DNA of 64,000 bases from Octopus sinensis (Eukaryota), in the NCBI RefSeq assembly GCF_006345805.1, contig NW_021832385.1, positions 2,444 through 66,443 on the forward strand, written 5' to 3'. The number at the start of each line of letters is the position of its first letter. Positions within the stretch are counted from its first letter, which is position 1. The translations under genes were made by a program, and so were the position numbers. Of the stretch, positions 12,540 through 25,087 are shown piece by piece. Under the pieces are notes generated by a model. It was not told the DNA's origin. It searched no databases and saw nothing but the letters and a program-made list of their open reading frames with translations.

Positions 12540-14205
12540 ATCTGTTCTCGATATATAATTTTTCAGATACTCTATCTTCTAATTAGCCTTAGATTAAATT
12601 AAATAACGTTAATATTACCCACACTCTAATTAATTTTTGTTTGTTTACATTTTCAATATCTGTTCTCGATATAATAATTTCTCAGATACTCTATCTCTAA
12701 TTAGCCTTAAGATTAAATTAAATAACGTTTAATTATTGATAACGTCTAATTAGCCTTAAGATTAAATTAAATAACGTTAATATTGTTTTATATTGTTAAT
12801 AATTATTGTAATTAGCCTTAAGATTAATTAATAACGTTTAATATTGTTTTAATTGTTAATAATTTTTCAGATACTCTATCTTCTAATTAGCCTTAAGATT
12901 AAATTAAATAACGCTTAATACTACCCACACTCTAATATAATTTTTGTTGTTTACATTTTCATATCTGTTCTCGATATAATAATTTTTCAGATACTCTATC
13001 TTCTAATTAGCCTTAAGATTAAATAAATAACGTTTAATATGATACCGTCAAATTAGCCTTAGGATTAAATTAATAACGTTTAATATTGTTTAATATTGTT
13101 AATAATTATGTTAATTAGCCTTAAGATTAAATTAAATAAAGTTTAATATTGTTTTAATATTGTTAATAATTTTTCAGATACTCTATCTTCTAATTAGCCT
13201 TACGATTAAATTAAATAACGTTTAATATTACCCAACCCTTAATATAATTTGTTTGTTTACATTTTCAATATCTGTCTCGATATAATTTTTCAGAAGATAC
13301 CCTATCTTCTAATAGCCTTAAGATTAAATAAATAACGTTTAATATTAATAACGTCTAATTAGCCTTAGGATTAAATTAAATAACGTTTATATTGTTTTAA
13401 TATTGTTAATAATTATTGTTAATTAGCCTTAGGATTAAATTAAATAACGTTTAATATTGTTTAATATTGTTAATAATTATTGTTAATTAGCCTTAAGATT
13501 AAATTAAATAACGTTTAATATTGTTTTAATATTGTTAATAATTCTTCAGATATTCTATCTTCTAATTAGCCTTAAGATTAAATTAAATAACGTTTAATAT
13601 TACCCACACTCTAATATAATATTAACATTGCTAATATATTTTCAGATACTCTATCTCCTAATTAGCCTTAAGATTAAATAACGTTTTTACCCACACTCTA
13701 ATATAATATTAATATTGCTAATATATTTTCAGATACTCTATCTTCTAATTAGCCTTAAGATTAAATTAAATAACGTTTAATATTACCCACACTCTAATAT
13801 AATATTAACATTGCTAATATATTTTCAGATACTCTATCTCCTAATTAGCCTTAAGATTAAATAACGTTTTTACCCACACTCTAATATAATTTAATATTGC
13901 TAATATTTTCAGATACTCCATCTCCCTTAGCCTTAAGATTAAATAACGTTTTTTTTTACCCACACTCTAATATAATATTAATATTGCTAATATATTTTCA
14001 GATACTCTATCTCCTAATTAGCCTTAAGATTAAACAACGTTTTTACCCACACTCTAATATAATATTAATATTGCTAATACATTTTCAGATACTCTATCCC
14101 CTAATTAGCCTTAAGATTAAATAACGTTTTTACGTTTTTTACCCACAAATTTAATATTGTTAATATTTCTTTTTCAAGTACTCTATCTTCTAATTAGCCT
14201 TAATA
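12540..14205. repeat. AT-rich minisatellite, about 20 variable units with core taattagccttaagattaaat
   Basis: Core recurs at variable spacing; the distal part settles to ~88-96 bp units. Confidence 0.9.
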
Positions 14206-14264
14206 TCTTCCTGTCTTCTCTCGAACATAATTAGATAGATAAACGGATAGACGGATTATCCAGC

Positions 14265-17200
14265 ATGTCCAGAGCATGGAGACCTGACGAGCTGGATTTA
14301 TTCGTACAAGCATGGGAGTGCGTCGGCGGAGATAGCCCAGCGAGGTGATTGCGGCTGCGCTGAAGAGCAGAGGCTACAAGAGGACAGCGGCTCAGATGGA
14401 GCGAAAGAGACGGGAATTCGTGCGCTCATATGCGCTTGTACGGTCGCACATTGGCGCACTTGATGCCATCTTTGAGAACGAGCGGGGCAAAGATGGCAAG
14501 AATGGAGACGATGAAAGAAGTCACCCCCACCTGGTGGACGCCCGGGAGGAGGTTTTGAATGAGAAACCTGCCCGGGAAGTGAACCAGGTGCAAGTTCTCC
14601 AACTGGCAGCAAGGCCATGGAGACGGAGAACCCGGAAAGAGGTAGAGAGAGGAAGAAGAACTAAAAGAAGGACTGGAAGAGCTAAAGGAAAGAAAAAGCT
14701 CAAGCGACCAAGGGTGAAACAACCAGGAATAGAAGTGGAACCGCAAAGGATGGAACCAAACAGCGCACACGGTGTGTATGTTCTACCTGAGAGTCCTGCT
14801 GTCATGGAAAGGAAGGTGCAGGCTGCCGCTTTGCACATCGGGGACCCTGCCACAGAGACACGAGGCAGATGGACAAACCATCAACACAAAGAAAAGAGAT
14901 GGACCGCGCACACACTGCCCAAAGCGGAGGTACGCAGATGTTGTGCGCGCCACAAACCGCCAACATGATGTTGTCGAAGAGCAGCTGCTGAGCACAACAT
15001 CTTTTTGTGCATGGCACAAAAGATATACAGCAGCTGACCTGGCTTCATCAACCCAAGCCCGCAGGTGGGACTACCCACTATATACCAGACCACCACAGCA
15101 AACAGACACAGGATGGACACCGCCGGCAACAACATCCACCTCACCTCGATGCTCCTACTGTACATCAGAGGACGCAAACACTCAGTAACAGGACAAAGAT
15201 CCCGTTCCTGAGAGACTTTGTTGCATGCCAATCAAGCCTTATGCATAGCACTTACAGAAACGCACCTGAAACCGGACATAGCAGATGCGGATTTACACAT
15301 ACCACAGTATGCTGTACTACGGACCGACAGGAAAGAAAGGAGTCATGGAGGTGTTGCTATGTACATCCGTGAGGACCTCACACCCCAGGTCCTCTTGTCA
15401 TACTCAAACTCGGTGTGTGACACACTAATTGTACATATTAGGCAACTTGATGTAGTTGTGTGTGCTACATATCGCACTCCAGATGCCCCAAGCCATGTGG
15501 GCAAGTTTGAAGACTGCCTTATAAAAATAGAAGAATTCTCTAACCACATTAGAACAACACTATAGGTGTGCTTCTTATGGGAGACTTCAATCTGCCCAAT
15601 GTCAGATGGCCCGAGGGCCTTTCTCTCCAGGAATGACAAGATGTGAACGAGGACAGGCGAGGTCCCTCCTGAACCTCATCACACCCTTGTACATGGAGCA
15701 GGTAATACTCCAACCACCAGGGCAGGTAACACACTGGATCTCTGCTTCACAAATGACATGGATCTCATCCATAATGTGAAAGTGACACCGACACTACTCT
15801 CGGATCACAACATGATAGAGCTGACCATGTACGGGCCAAAAGAGAGCACGGACATGCAGCCTACAAGAAACCCTCAAATCTTTCCAGCTTGAACTACCAT
15901 AAGGCAAACTGGAAACAAATTGAGAAAGAGATCCTCAAACAAAACTGGCCTAAATGTCTCTCCTCGCCAGACATCGACGTGAACTTCAACAATTCATGTC
16001 TGTAATGCAAGCCATATGCTACAAATGTGTCCCAGAGAGAAAGGCCACTGTACACAAGAACAAAATCCCCAGAGAGAGGAAAATTTTAATGAGACGGCGT
16101 ACGAAATTTTCAAATCGCCTAAACAAACAAATTGAAAGCAGTGAAAAGTCCCGCCTAAAATAAAACTGTTGGAAACGAAAAATGTCTGCAACTCTCCCAT
16201 GAAAAAGAAAGAGCAGACAAAGAAGCCTGGGCTATAGAAAACATAAAATCTAACCCCAGAGCTTTCTACAGGTATGCCAAAGAAACAGCTACAGTGCACT
16301 GTAGAATAGGGCCACTCCTCGAAAGGATGGCACACTTACAGGAAAACCAATGAGGGTAAGTGAAATACTGAATGAGCAATTCAAGAGTGTTTTCACTGCA
16401 CCCCTTGGGCATCTCCAAATCACCAATCCAACTGACTTTTTTACCACTGCAGATATAAAATCAGAGGCGGCGACGATAGATTACATCGATATAAAGGAGA
16501 CGATGTAACCAAGGCTATAGATGAAATGAAAACAGACTCAGCTACTGGCCCCGATGGATTCCCGGCAATCCTCCTAAAAGCATGTAAGAGAGTCCTAGCA
16601 AGACCACTGCAGTTCCTCTTTCAGAGCTTCCTTGCAGCTGGCAAACTTCCAGGAAACTGAAGGAAGGTAAAATATGCCCCATTCATAAAGGAGGTAGCAG
16701 AGCGGAAGCCAAGAACTATACCTATCTCTCTGACCTCACACATCAGCAAGGTCATGGAACGAATAGTCAGAAGGAAGCTGATCACCTCCTTGAAGAGAAT
16801 GACTTGCTGCCCGACACCCAACATGGTTTCCGACCAGGGAGAAGCTGTTTACCTCAGCTCCTACAACACTATGACTGGGTGCTGAAACGGCTGCTCAACC
16901 ACTCAAATGTGGAAGTGATATATCTCGACTTTGCAAAGGCCTTTGATAAAGTCGATCATGGAATGATAATGTCACAAACTGCGTGATCTCAACATAGTTG
17001 GAAAACTGGGAGAATGGCTTCATGACTTTCTGAAGGATAGAAGTCAATGGGGCCACTTCCATTAACACGCAAATAGTGAGCGGTGTTCCGCAGGGCACTG
17101 TTTTGGGACCACTACTGTTCATAATGGCCCTCTCAGACATGCCCTCAGCCACGCGGAGAGCCACGATCACAAGTTATGCAGATAATACAAAAGTTTCACA

Positions 17201-18172
17201 GGCAATACAGAACCCTGAGGACACTAAGCACCTGCAATGTGAGCTGGACGAATAATACAAGTGGGCTGAAAAGAATAGCATGCAGTTCAATGCTGAAAAG
17301 TTTCAAGCTTTATACTATCAGCATGCAAAACTGATGCAATACCCAATGAATACACTGGACCCGAGGTTGCAATCCCAGAGGCACAATCAGTGCGTGACCT
17401 GGGTATTCACATGAGTGATGACGCGACCTTTCATGTACATGTTGCTAACTGACAATGAAATGTAGACGCTGCCTGGATGGATTCTTAGAACCTTTAGAAC
17501 AAGAGAACAAGAAACCATGATGGTCCTCTGGAAGACACTTGTCCTAAGCCACTTTGACTATTGCTCTCAGATATGGTCACCATCCAGTGTCAAGTTGATC
17601 ACAGAACTTGAGGCGATCCAACGAAGCTACACGAAGAAGATAGCCTCTATGCAGAATGTAAGCTACTGGAAAAGACTCAAGAGATTAAAATTATATTCCC
17701 TGGAGCGTAGGCGGGAAAGATATGCCATAATATACATCTGGAAGATCCTGGAGGGAAGTGTCCTGAACTTTGGCATCGAGAGTTACGCAAATGCCAGAAC
17801 TGGGCGCCACTGCGTGGTGCCTAGGACTCCAAACCTGCCATCAAGATGTAGGACAAGATTCTGTGATAGCCTGGGCTTCCGAGGCCCACAGCTCTTCAAT
17901 ATCCTCCCGAAGAACCTGAGAGACCTGCATGGGGTGGATACAGATGTCTTTAAAATGAAGCTAGATCTCTTCCTGTCAGGTGTCCCAGATGAACCAACTT
18001 CACGGCAGGAGGGGCAGATGAGGGCAGCTACATCGAACTCTCTCATGCATCAAATAGCAGTTGCTAGAAAGCCCCCATGAAGTGAAACCAAGTAGCAACA
18101 CCAAATGGCGGTGCCCCAGCATGGCCACAGCTCATAAGCTGAAACTAGAATCAATCAATCAATCAATCAATC
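14265..18172 (+). mobile_element. Full-length LINE copy A (Myb/SANT-like, CCCH, APE, RT), frameshifted
   Basis: MSRAWRPDELDLFVQAW start; LTETHLKPD; RSHGGVAMY; QHGFRPGRSC; YLDFAKAFDKVDHG; YSLERRRERY; 3' UTR ggcggtgccccagcatggcc; (AATC)n tail. Confidence 0.93.
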
Positions 18173-18293
18173 ATATATATATATGATATTTTATATATAT
18201 ATGTTATATATATATGATATATATATATATATATATATTATAGATATATGATATTTATATATATATGATATATATATATATGATATATATATA

Positions 18294-18328
<35 letters not shown>

Positions 18329-18329
18329 A

Positions 18330-18360
<31 letters not shown>

Positions 18361-18565
18361 ATATATATATGATTATATATATATTTTATCTATATATTAT
18401 AAATGAATATATATATCTATATATATATATATATAGATATATATATATATATATGATATATATTATATGATTATATATATATAGGATATATATAATATAT
18501 ATATATATGATATATTATTATATATATATAGATATATGATATATATATATATAATGTATATATTG

Positions 18566-18597
<32 letters not shown>

Positions 18598-18667
18598 ATA
18601 TGTATAATATATATATATGATATATATATATATATATAATATATATATATGATATTTATATATATAG

Positions 18668-18707
<40 letters not shown>

Positions 18708-18888
18708 GATATATATATATATGATATATATATATATATATAATATATATACACATATGAATATATATATATAATATATATATATGTTATATATATATAT
18801 TATATATGATATATATATATATAATATATATATAATATATGATATTATATGATATATATATATATGATATATATATATGCTGATATAT

Positions 18889-18920
<32 letters not shown>

Positions 18921-19372
18921 ATATGATATATATATATGTATACATATATGATATATATATATATATATCAATATATGATATAATATATATATATGATATA
19001 TATATATATATATGATATATATATGTATATGATATATATATATATGATATATATATATATAATGATATATATAATGATATATATATATATATATGATTAA
19101 TATATTGATATATATATATATATGATATATAATATATATGAATATATATATTATATGAATATATATATATGATATATATTATATATATATATATGATTAT
19201 ATATATATATATATATATGATATCTATATATATGTATATAATATATGATATATAATATATATGATATATATATATATATATGATATATATATATGTATAT
19301 GATATATATTTATATATGATATATATATATATATGATATATATACATATATATTTATATTATATATATATAA

Positions 19373-19426
<54 letters not shown>

Positions 19427-19573
19427 ATATATATATGAAGATATATATATATAGATATATAATGATATATATATATATGATAATATTTATATATATATAT
19501 GATATATATATATATATGATATATATATATATATATATGATATATATATATGATATATTATATATATTATATG

Positions 19574-19604
<31 letters not shown>

Positions 19605-19847
19605 TATATTATATCATATGTATAACATATATATATGATATTATATATATAGATATATCATATATATATTTATATGATATATATATATGATATTATATAT
19701 ATATATATATATATATATGATATATATATATATATATGATATATATATATGATTATATATATATATGATATATATATATATATACATATATATATGATAT
19801 ATATATTTATATGATATATTTATATATATAATATATATATTTATATG

Positions 19848-19878
<31 letters not shown>

Positions 19879-19970
19879 ATATATATGATATAGTATATAT
19901 GATATATATATATGATATATATATATGTATATGATGTATATTTATATATGATATTATATGTAATGATATA

Positions 19971-20010
<40 letters not shown>
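18173..20010. repeat. ~1.8 kb (TA)n microsatellite with interspersed TGA
   Basis: Visible run. Confidence 0.95.
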
Positions 20011-20015
<5 letters not shown>

Positions 20016-21893
20016 GTTTAACACACTCATATATACTATATTAATATTTATTTACTTTTTTGAAAGAGTGTATTTTATAAATATGTGTATGGGATGATAT
20101 GTGTGAATGTATATTTTATATATATTTTATATATATATATATTTTTATGTTTGTATATGTATTTATTTAATCATTTATTGAGAGTCGGATTGAATATATT
20201 TGTGTATATATCGAGTTTTGTACGTATGTATATGTATGTGTGAGTGTGTATATGGTTATGTTTGTGGGTGTGTGTACATATGTGTGTGTATTTGTGTGTA
20301 TTGTGGATTTGGTAAGGTGGTTTATCTTTATATTTGTATGTATGGATTTCATTTATCATGATTTTTTATTACGAATTTTTTAGTATTTTGTTGTTCTTGG
20401 TAGTTTTTTTATTGGGTATTGTTTTGTAGCCATTGATACGTATATTTAGATGTCTAGGAGAGTGTCCGTGAATATGCATATTATGGGTGTGTGTGCATGT
20501 GTGCGCGTGTATAAGTGCATGTGTAGATGTGGGAGTGCATGATTGCTATGTAAAAGTGTGTGCTTGTGTATGCACTTGTATACATGCATGATTGATGTGC
20601 GTGAGATTGCACCCATTTTTTTAGGGATATTTATATTTATTTATTTGTATGGGTGTGGGAGTGAATATCTTGATGTATATATCGAGGTTTGTACGTATGT
20701 ATATGTATGTGTGAGTGGAGTGGGTATATGTATATGTAGTGGGTGTGTGTTTTACGTGTGTGTATTTGTGTGAGAATGTATAGATAGGGGGATTGCTATA
20801 TAGGTATGTTATAGTGTTTAGTAAAGGGAGATTTTATCGTTATATGTATATATGAGTTTTCGTTTATCAAGGTAGTTTTATTAAAGAATTTGTAGTAATT
20901 TCTGTCTGTTTAAGTGTTTAACATATTATTCCATTTATTCCATTCATAATTTTAAATAACGTTCGTTCTCCACGCGCAAAGAATTTTATAATTCCATTCT
21001 GTTCCATTCATAATTTTAAATGACGTTCGTTCACCGAGCTAAGAATTTTTATAAATATGTTCGGTTTCTATGGTAACGTAATTTTGTTTAAAGTTATAAC
21101 GGCTAGAGTTTGAATTCACTTCATAAATTAAAACAGATTAGGAGGTATGTATTTTTTTCTCCTTATGTTAATCTTGTTACTTATATGTTAATCTGGTTAC
21201 TTATGGAGTATTTTATATATCGTATTATGTGTAGATATGTTGTTTTTCTTTTGAGTGTTTATGTAGGTGTGAATGTGTCTGTGTGTGCGTATTTGGTTGT
21301 GTAATTTATTTATCTATATGGGTGTGGGTGTGAATATATTGTTGTATATATCGAGTTTAGTACGTATGTATATGTATATGTGAGGGGGTATATGTATATG
21401 TTATGGGTGTGTCTTTTACGTGTGTGTATTTTTGTGTGTGAATGTATTATGGGGATTGCTATATAGGTATTATTGTGTATGGTAAAGGGTGTTTTATCAT
21501 TATATGTATATATGGGTTTCATTATCATGATTGGTTTATTAATGATTTTGGAGTAAATTCTGTATATTTACGTTGATTAAGTATTATTCCATCCATTTTT
21601 CATTCATGATTTTAAAAAAACGTTCGATCCCACGCGCAAAGAATTGTTTATTTTTCTTTTGAGTGTTTATGTATGTGTGAGTGTGTGTGTGTGTGTGTGA
21701 TTGTTTGCGTAATTTATTTATCTGTATGGGTGTGGGTGTGAATATATTGGTGTATATATCGAGTTCTGTATGTATGTATATGTATGTGTGAGCGGGTATA
21801 TGTATATGTTTATGACTGTGGGTTTGTATGTGTGTGAGGGAGTATGAATAAGTAATGTGTTGAAGTATTGGCTATTTTTTAATTTATTCATTT
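20011..21893. repeat. Degenerate AT/TG-rich internally repeated region, possibly the 3' UTR of an upstream PLE copy
   Basis: tcgag(t/g)tt.gta.gtatgtatatgtat block at ~20211, 20682, 21351, 21759; acgttcg block at ~20958, 21021, 21619. Confidence 0.55.
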
Positions 21894-22387
21894 ATCGTTG
21901 CATAGACGTTTTTATGTGTATGTATAGATATATATATATATTGGTGTGTGAGTTAGTGTATGTATTTAGATATGGTTATATATATTTAGTTATATGTGTA
22001 TGAGCATGTGTGTATATATAGTTTATTTATTTATTTTTTTATTTAAAAAATTTTTTTTTTGTACATCTTTAAATATGAGAACTTTAATAATAAGTTTCTT
22101 TATATTCAATTGTTTATAGGGTTTATTTTAGATTATATATTGATTATATATAGATTATATATAGATTATATATATTTATATTTTTCATTGATAATTTTAT
22201 TATTTTAAACTTATATTTTAATATATTGATATTTTAGATCGAAAATCCACCTGACGAATGTCATTGAAGACATGAAACGATTGTAGTGGCGGTTTATTTC
22301 TTTATATTAAAAATTTTTATGTATTGATTAAGTCTTTCCTTGTTTGTTTTGCAAAGTAGTGGTTTTGTCTCGAATTAATATTATATA
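21894..22387 (+). repeat. Pseudo-LTR / direct repeat 1 of PLE 2
   Basis: atcgttgcatagacg...tcgaattaatattatata, near-identical to 24034-24527. Confidence 0.92.
22247..22289 (+). ncRNA. Minimal type I hammerhead ribozyme
   Basis: ccac CTGACGA atgtc attgaa gacat GAAA c gatt g TA gtgg. Confidence 0.88.
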
Positions 22388-22523
22388 ATATTTTACTATA
22401 AAATTGGATTTAATCCTAAATATGATTTTTCCCTGTAAATTTGGATTTATTCCCTAATATTTATTATTATTTAATATATTGATAATTTTGTATATTGAGT
22501 GTAATACCTCAATTTCGTAAATT

Positions 22524-24089
22524 ATGGAATTTACAGGTAAGATAGAACCGCTATTTTGGGATTCATCTTTGAAAGATATTCCTATACCTTCTAGAAAGGA
22601 ATTTATTTTGAAATTTATTAATAATGTTAAAGGTTTTATTTCTAGAATTAAATGGAAAGCTTATTACTATGATTTTTATTTATTTAATGATAATGATAGT
22701 AGGAATGATAATTTTACCTCTAAATTTAAATCTAGAAAGGAGCCTCCACTTAATAAAGATTTACAATTACTAGAAGATAATATATGGAAGGTAGTAAAAA
22801 ATATTGAATTCTATAAATACCCAAATAGAAATAATGAATATTTGAGAAACTTAGCAATTAAAATTAAAGATATGAGAAATATGGATGGTATTATAGTACA
22901 ATCTGATAAAACTAGGAATCTATATAAATTAGATGTTAAATTATATGATAAACTCTTAGGGAAAGAAATAATTAAAAAATATAAAATTGTTCCAGATTAT
23001 ATACTTTATAATATTAATAAGGCCTCTAAATTAGTAATGTTAAAATATGAATTGGATAATAAAACTGAACCTTATGTACCTTTGCACCTTAGAATTACTC
23101 TTAAAGACCATAAAGATAATTTTTATTCAGACCCTAAAGTTAGATTAATTTGCCCATGTAAATCTGACCTAGGTAAATTAAGTAAATTTATTTTAGATAA
23201 ATATATCAATAAATTAAATAAACTTAATTATTTAAAATTATGGTTTAGTAATAACAATACATTGAAATGGTTTAATAATATTAAAGATAAAAATCGTTAT
23301 AAATTTATTCAAATAGATATAGATAATTATTATTCTTCTATTAATGAAATTGTGTTTAATAAAGCACTTATTTTCGCAATGAATAAAGTGGGAATGTCAA
23401 TTGAAGAAGTTAATGTAATTAAAATGGCTAGGAAATCGCTCATTAAATATAAAAATAAATTATGGTCTAGGAATGATACTAGAGATTGTTTTGATATACC
23501 GATGGGAGCACCAGATTCTGCACAAGCTACTGATTTAGTAGGTATTTTTCTTTTATCTGAACTCCAATTAGAAAATCTTAAGATAGAGGGTGGCTTATAT
23601 AGAGATGATCTTCTACTAATTACAAAGAATTGTACTAATAGGAATCTAGAAGTATATAAGAAGAAACTATATAGTTTCTTTAAAAGATATGGTTTAAGTA
23701 TTACTATATATAAGGAGAATTATAATGTTAATTATTTAGATGTTAATTTTAATCTAATTACAGGTAAAACACAACCATATCATAAAATTAATGTGAACCT
23801 TAGATATATAAATGTTAATAGTAATCACCCACATTCTATAAAAAAATCGTTGATTAATAATATAAGTAAACGTATTTCATTACTCTCTTATGATATAGAG
23901 ATTTTTAATAAACATGCTACTTATTATAATGAGGCCCTTAGAGGGGCAGGTTATAATAGGAATATTAAATTTTATAATATTAAGGATACAGATTTAACTA
24001 ATAATTTTCAAGATAATTATAATAATATATATAATCGTTGCATAGACGTTTTTATGTGTATGTATAGAGATATATATATTGGTGTGTGA
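22524..24089 (+). CDS. Penelope-like (Naiad clade) reverse transcriptase, 521 aa, uninterrupted, no GIY-YIG
   Basis: SSLKDIPIPS N-terminus, SDKTRNLY, LKDHKDNF..RLICPCKSDLG, IQIDIDNYYSSI, PMGAPDSAQATDLVG, LYRDD, YLDVNFNL, SNHPHSIKK thumb. Confidence 0.92.
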   Translation: MEFTGKIEPLFWDSSLKDIPIPSRKEFILKFINNVKGFISRIKWKAYYYDFYLFNDNDSRNDNFTSKFKSRKEPPLNKDLQLLEDNIWKVVKNIEFYKYPNRNNEYLRNLAIKIKDMRNMDGIIVQSDKTRNLYKLDVKLYDKLLGKEIIKKYKIVPDYILYNINKASKLVMLKYELDNKTEPYVPLHLRITLKDHKDNFYSDPKVRLICPCKSDLGKLSKFILDKYINKLNKLNYLKLWFSNNNTLKWFNNIKDKNRYKFIQIDIDNYYSSINEIVFNKALIFAMNKVGMSIEEVNVIKMARKSLIKYKNKLWSRNDTRDCFDIPMGAPDSAQATDLVGIFLLSELQLENLKIEGGLYRDDLLLITKNCTNRNLEVYKKKLYSFFKRYGLSITIYKENYNVNYLDVNFNLITGKTQPYHKINVNLRYINVNSNHPHSIKKSLINNISKRISLLSYDIEIFNKHATYYNEALRGAGYNRNIKFYNIKDTDLTNNFQDNYNNIYNRCIDVFMCMYRDIYIGV

Positions 24090-24527
24090 GTTAGTGTATG
24101 TATTTAGATATGGTTATATATATTTAGTTATATGTGTATGAGCATGTGTGTATATATAGTTTATTTTTATTTTTATTTTTTTTTTTTGTACATCTTTAAA
24201 TATGAGAATTTTAATAATAGGTTTCTTTATATTCAATTGTTTATAGGGTTTATTTTAGATTATATATTGATTATATATAGATTATATATAGATTATATAT
24301 AGATTATATATATTTATATTTTTCATTGATAATTTTATATTTTAACTTATATTTTAATATATTGATATTTTAGATCGAAAATCCACCTGACGAATGTCAT
24401 TGAAGACATGAAACGATTGTGTGTGGCGGTTTATTTCTTTATATTAAAAATTTTTATGTATTGATTAAGTCTTTCCTTTCCTGTTTGTTTTGCAAAGTAG
24501 TGGTTTTGTCTCGAATTAATATTATAT
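24034..24527 (+). repeat. Pseudo-LTR / direct repeat 2 of PLE 2
   Basis: Copy of 21894-22387; overlaps the last ~18 codons of the ORF. Confidence 0.92.
24383..24426 (+). ncRNA. Hammerhead ribozyme copy with altered cleavage site (GUG plus an extra T)
   Basis: GAAAcgattgtgtgtgg here versus GAAAcgattgtagtgg in repeat 1. Confidence 0.6.
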
Positions 24528-24532
24528 ATATG

Positions 24533-24584
<52 letters not shown>

Positions 24585-24697
24585 ATATATATATATATAT
24601 GATATATATATATATACATATATATACATATATGATATATATATATTATATATATATATGATATATATATATATGATATTATATAATATATACATAT

Positions 24698-24748
<51 letters not shown>

Positions 24749-24751
24749 TGA

Positions 24752-24846
<95 letters not shown>

Positions 24847-24849
<3 letters not shown>

Positions 24850-25087
24850 AGTGGGCTGAAAAGAATAGCATGCAGTTCAATACTGAAAAGTTTCAAGCTT
24901 TATACTATCAGCATGCAAAACTAAATGCAATACCCAATGAATACACTGGACCCGGAGGTATTGCAATCCCAGAGGCACAATCAGTGCGTGACCTGGGTAT
25001 TCACATGAGTGATGACGCGACATTTCATATACATGTTGCCATACTGGCAATGAAATGTAGACGGCTGGCTGGATGGATTCTTAGAAA
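24847..25087 (+). mobile_element. Internal RT C-terminal fragment of the Myb-LINE family (B0)
   Basis: Closely matches ~28066-28307 of the downstream copy. Confidence 0.88.

Larger units (their letters stand above)
21894..24527 (+). mobile_element. Naiad-type PLE 2: direct repeat, intact RT ORF, direct repeat; no endonuclease
   Basis: ~494 bp direct repeats with HHR motifs flank a 521-aa RT ORF. Confidence 0.9.

Noticed and set aside
12540-14205. CRISPR-like repeat-spacer appearance
   Set aside because: Spacers are themselves repeated variants, the context is eukaryotic and no cas genes are present
14298-17170. Antisense and alternate-frame ORFs over LINE copies
   Set aside because: Shadows of the LINE coding frame with no independent motifs
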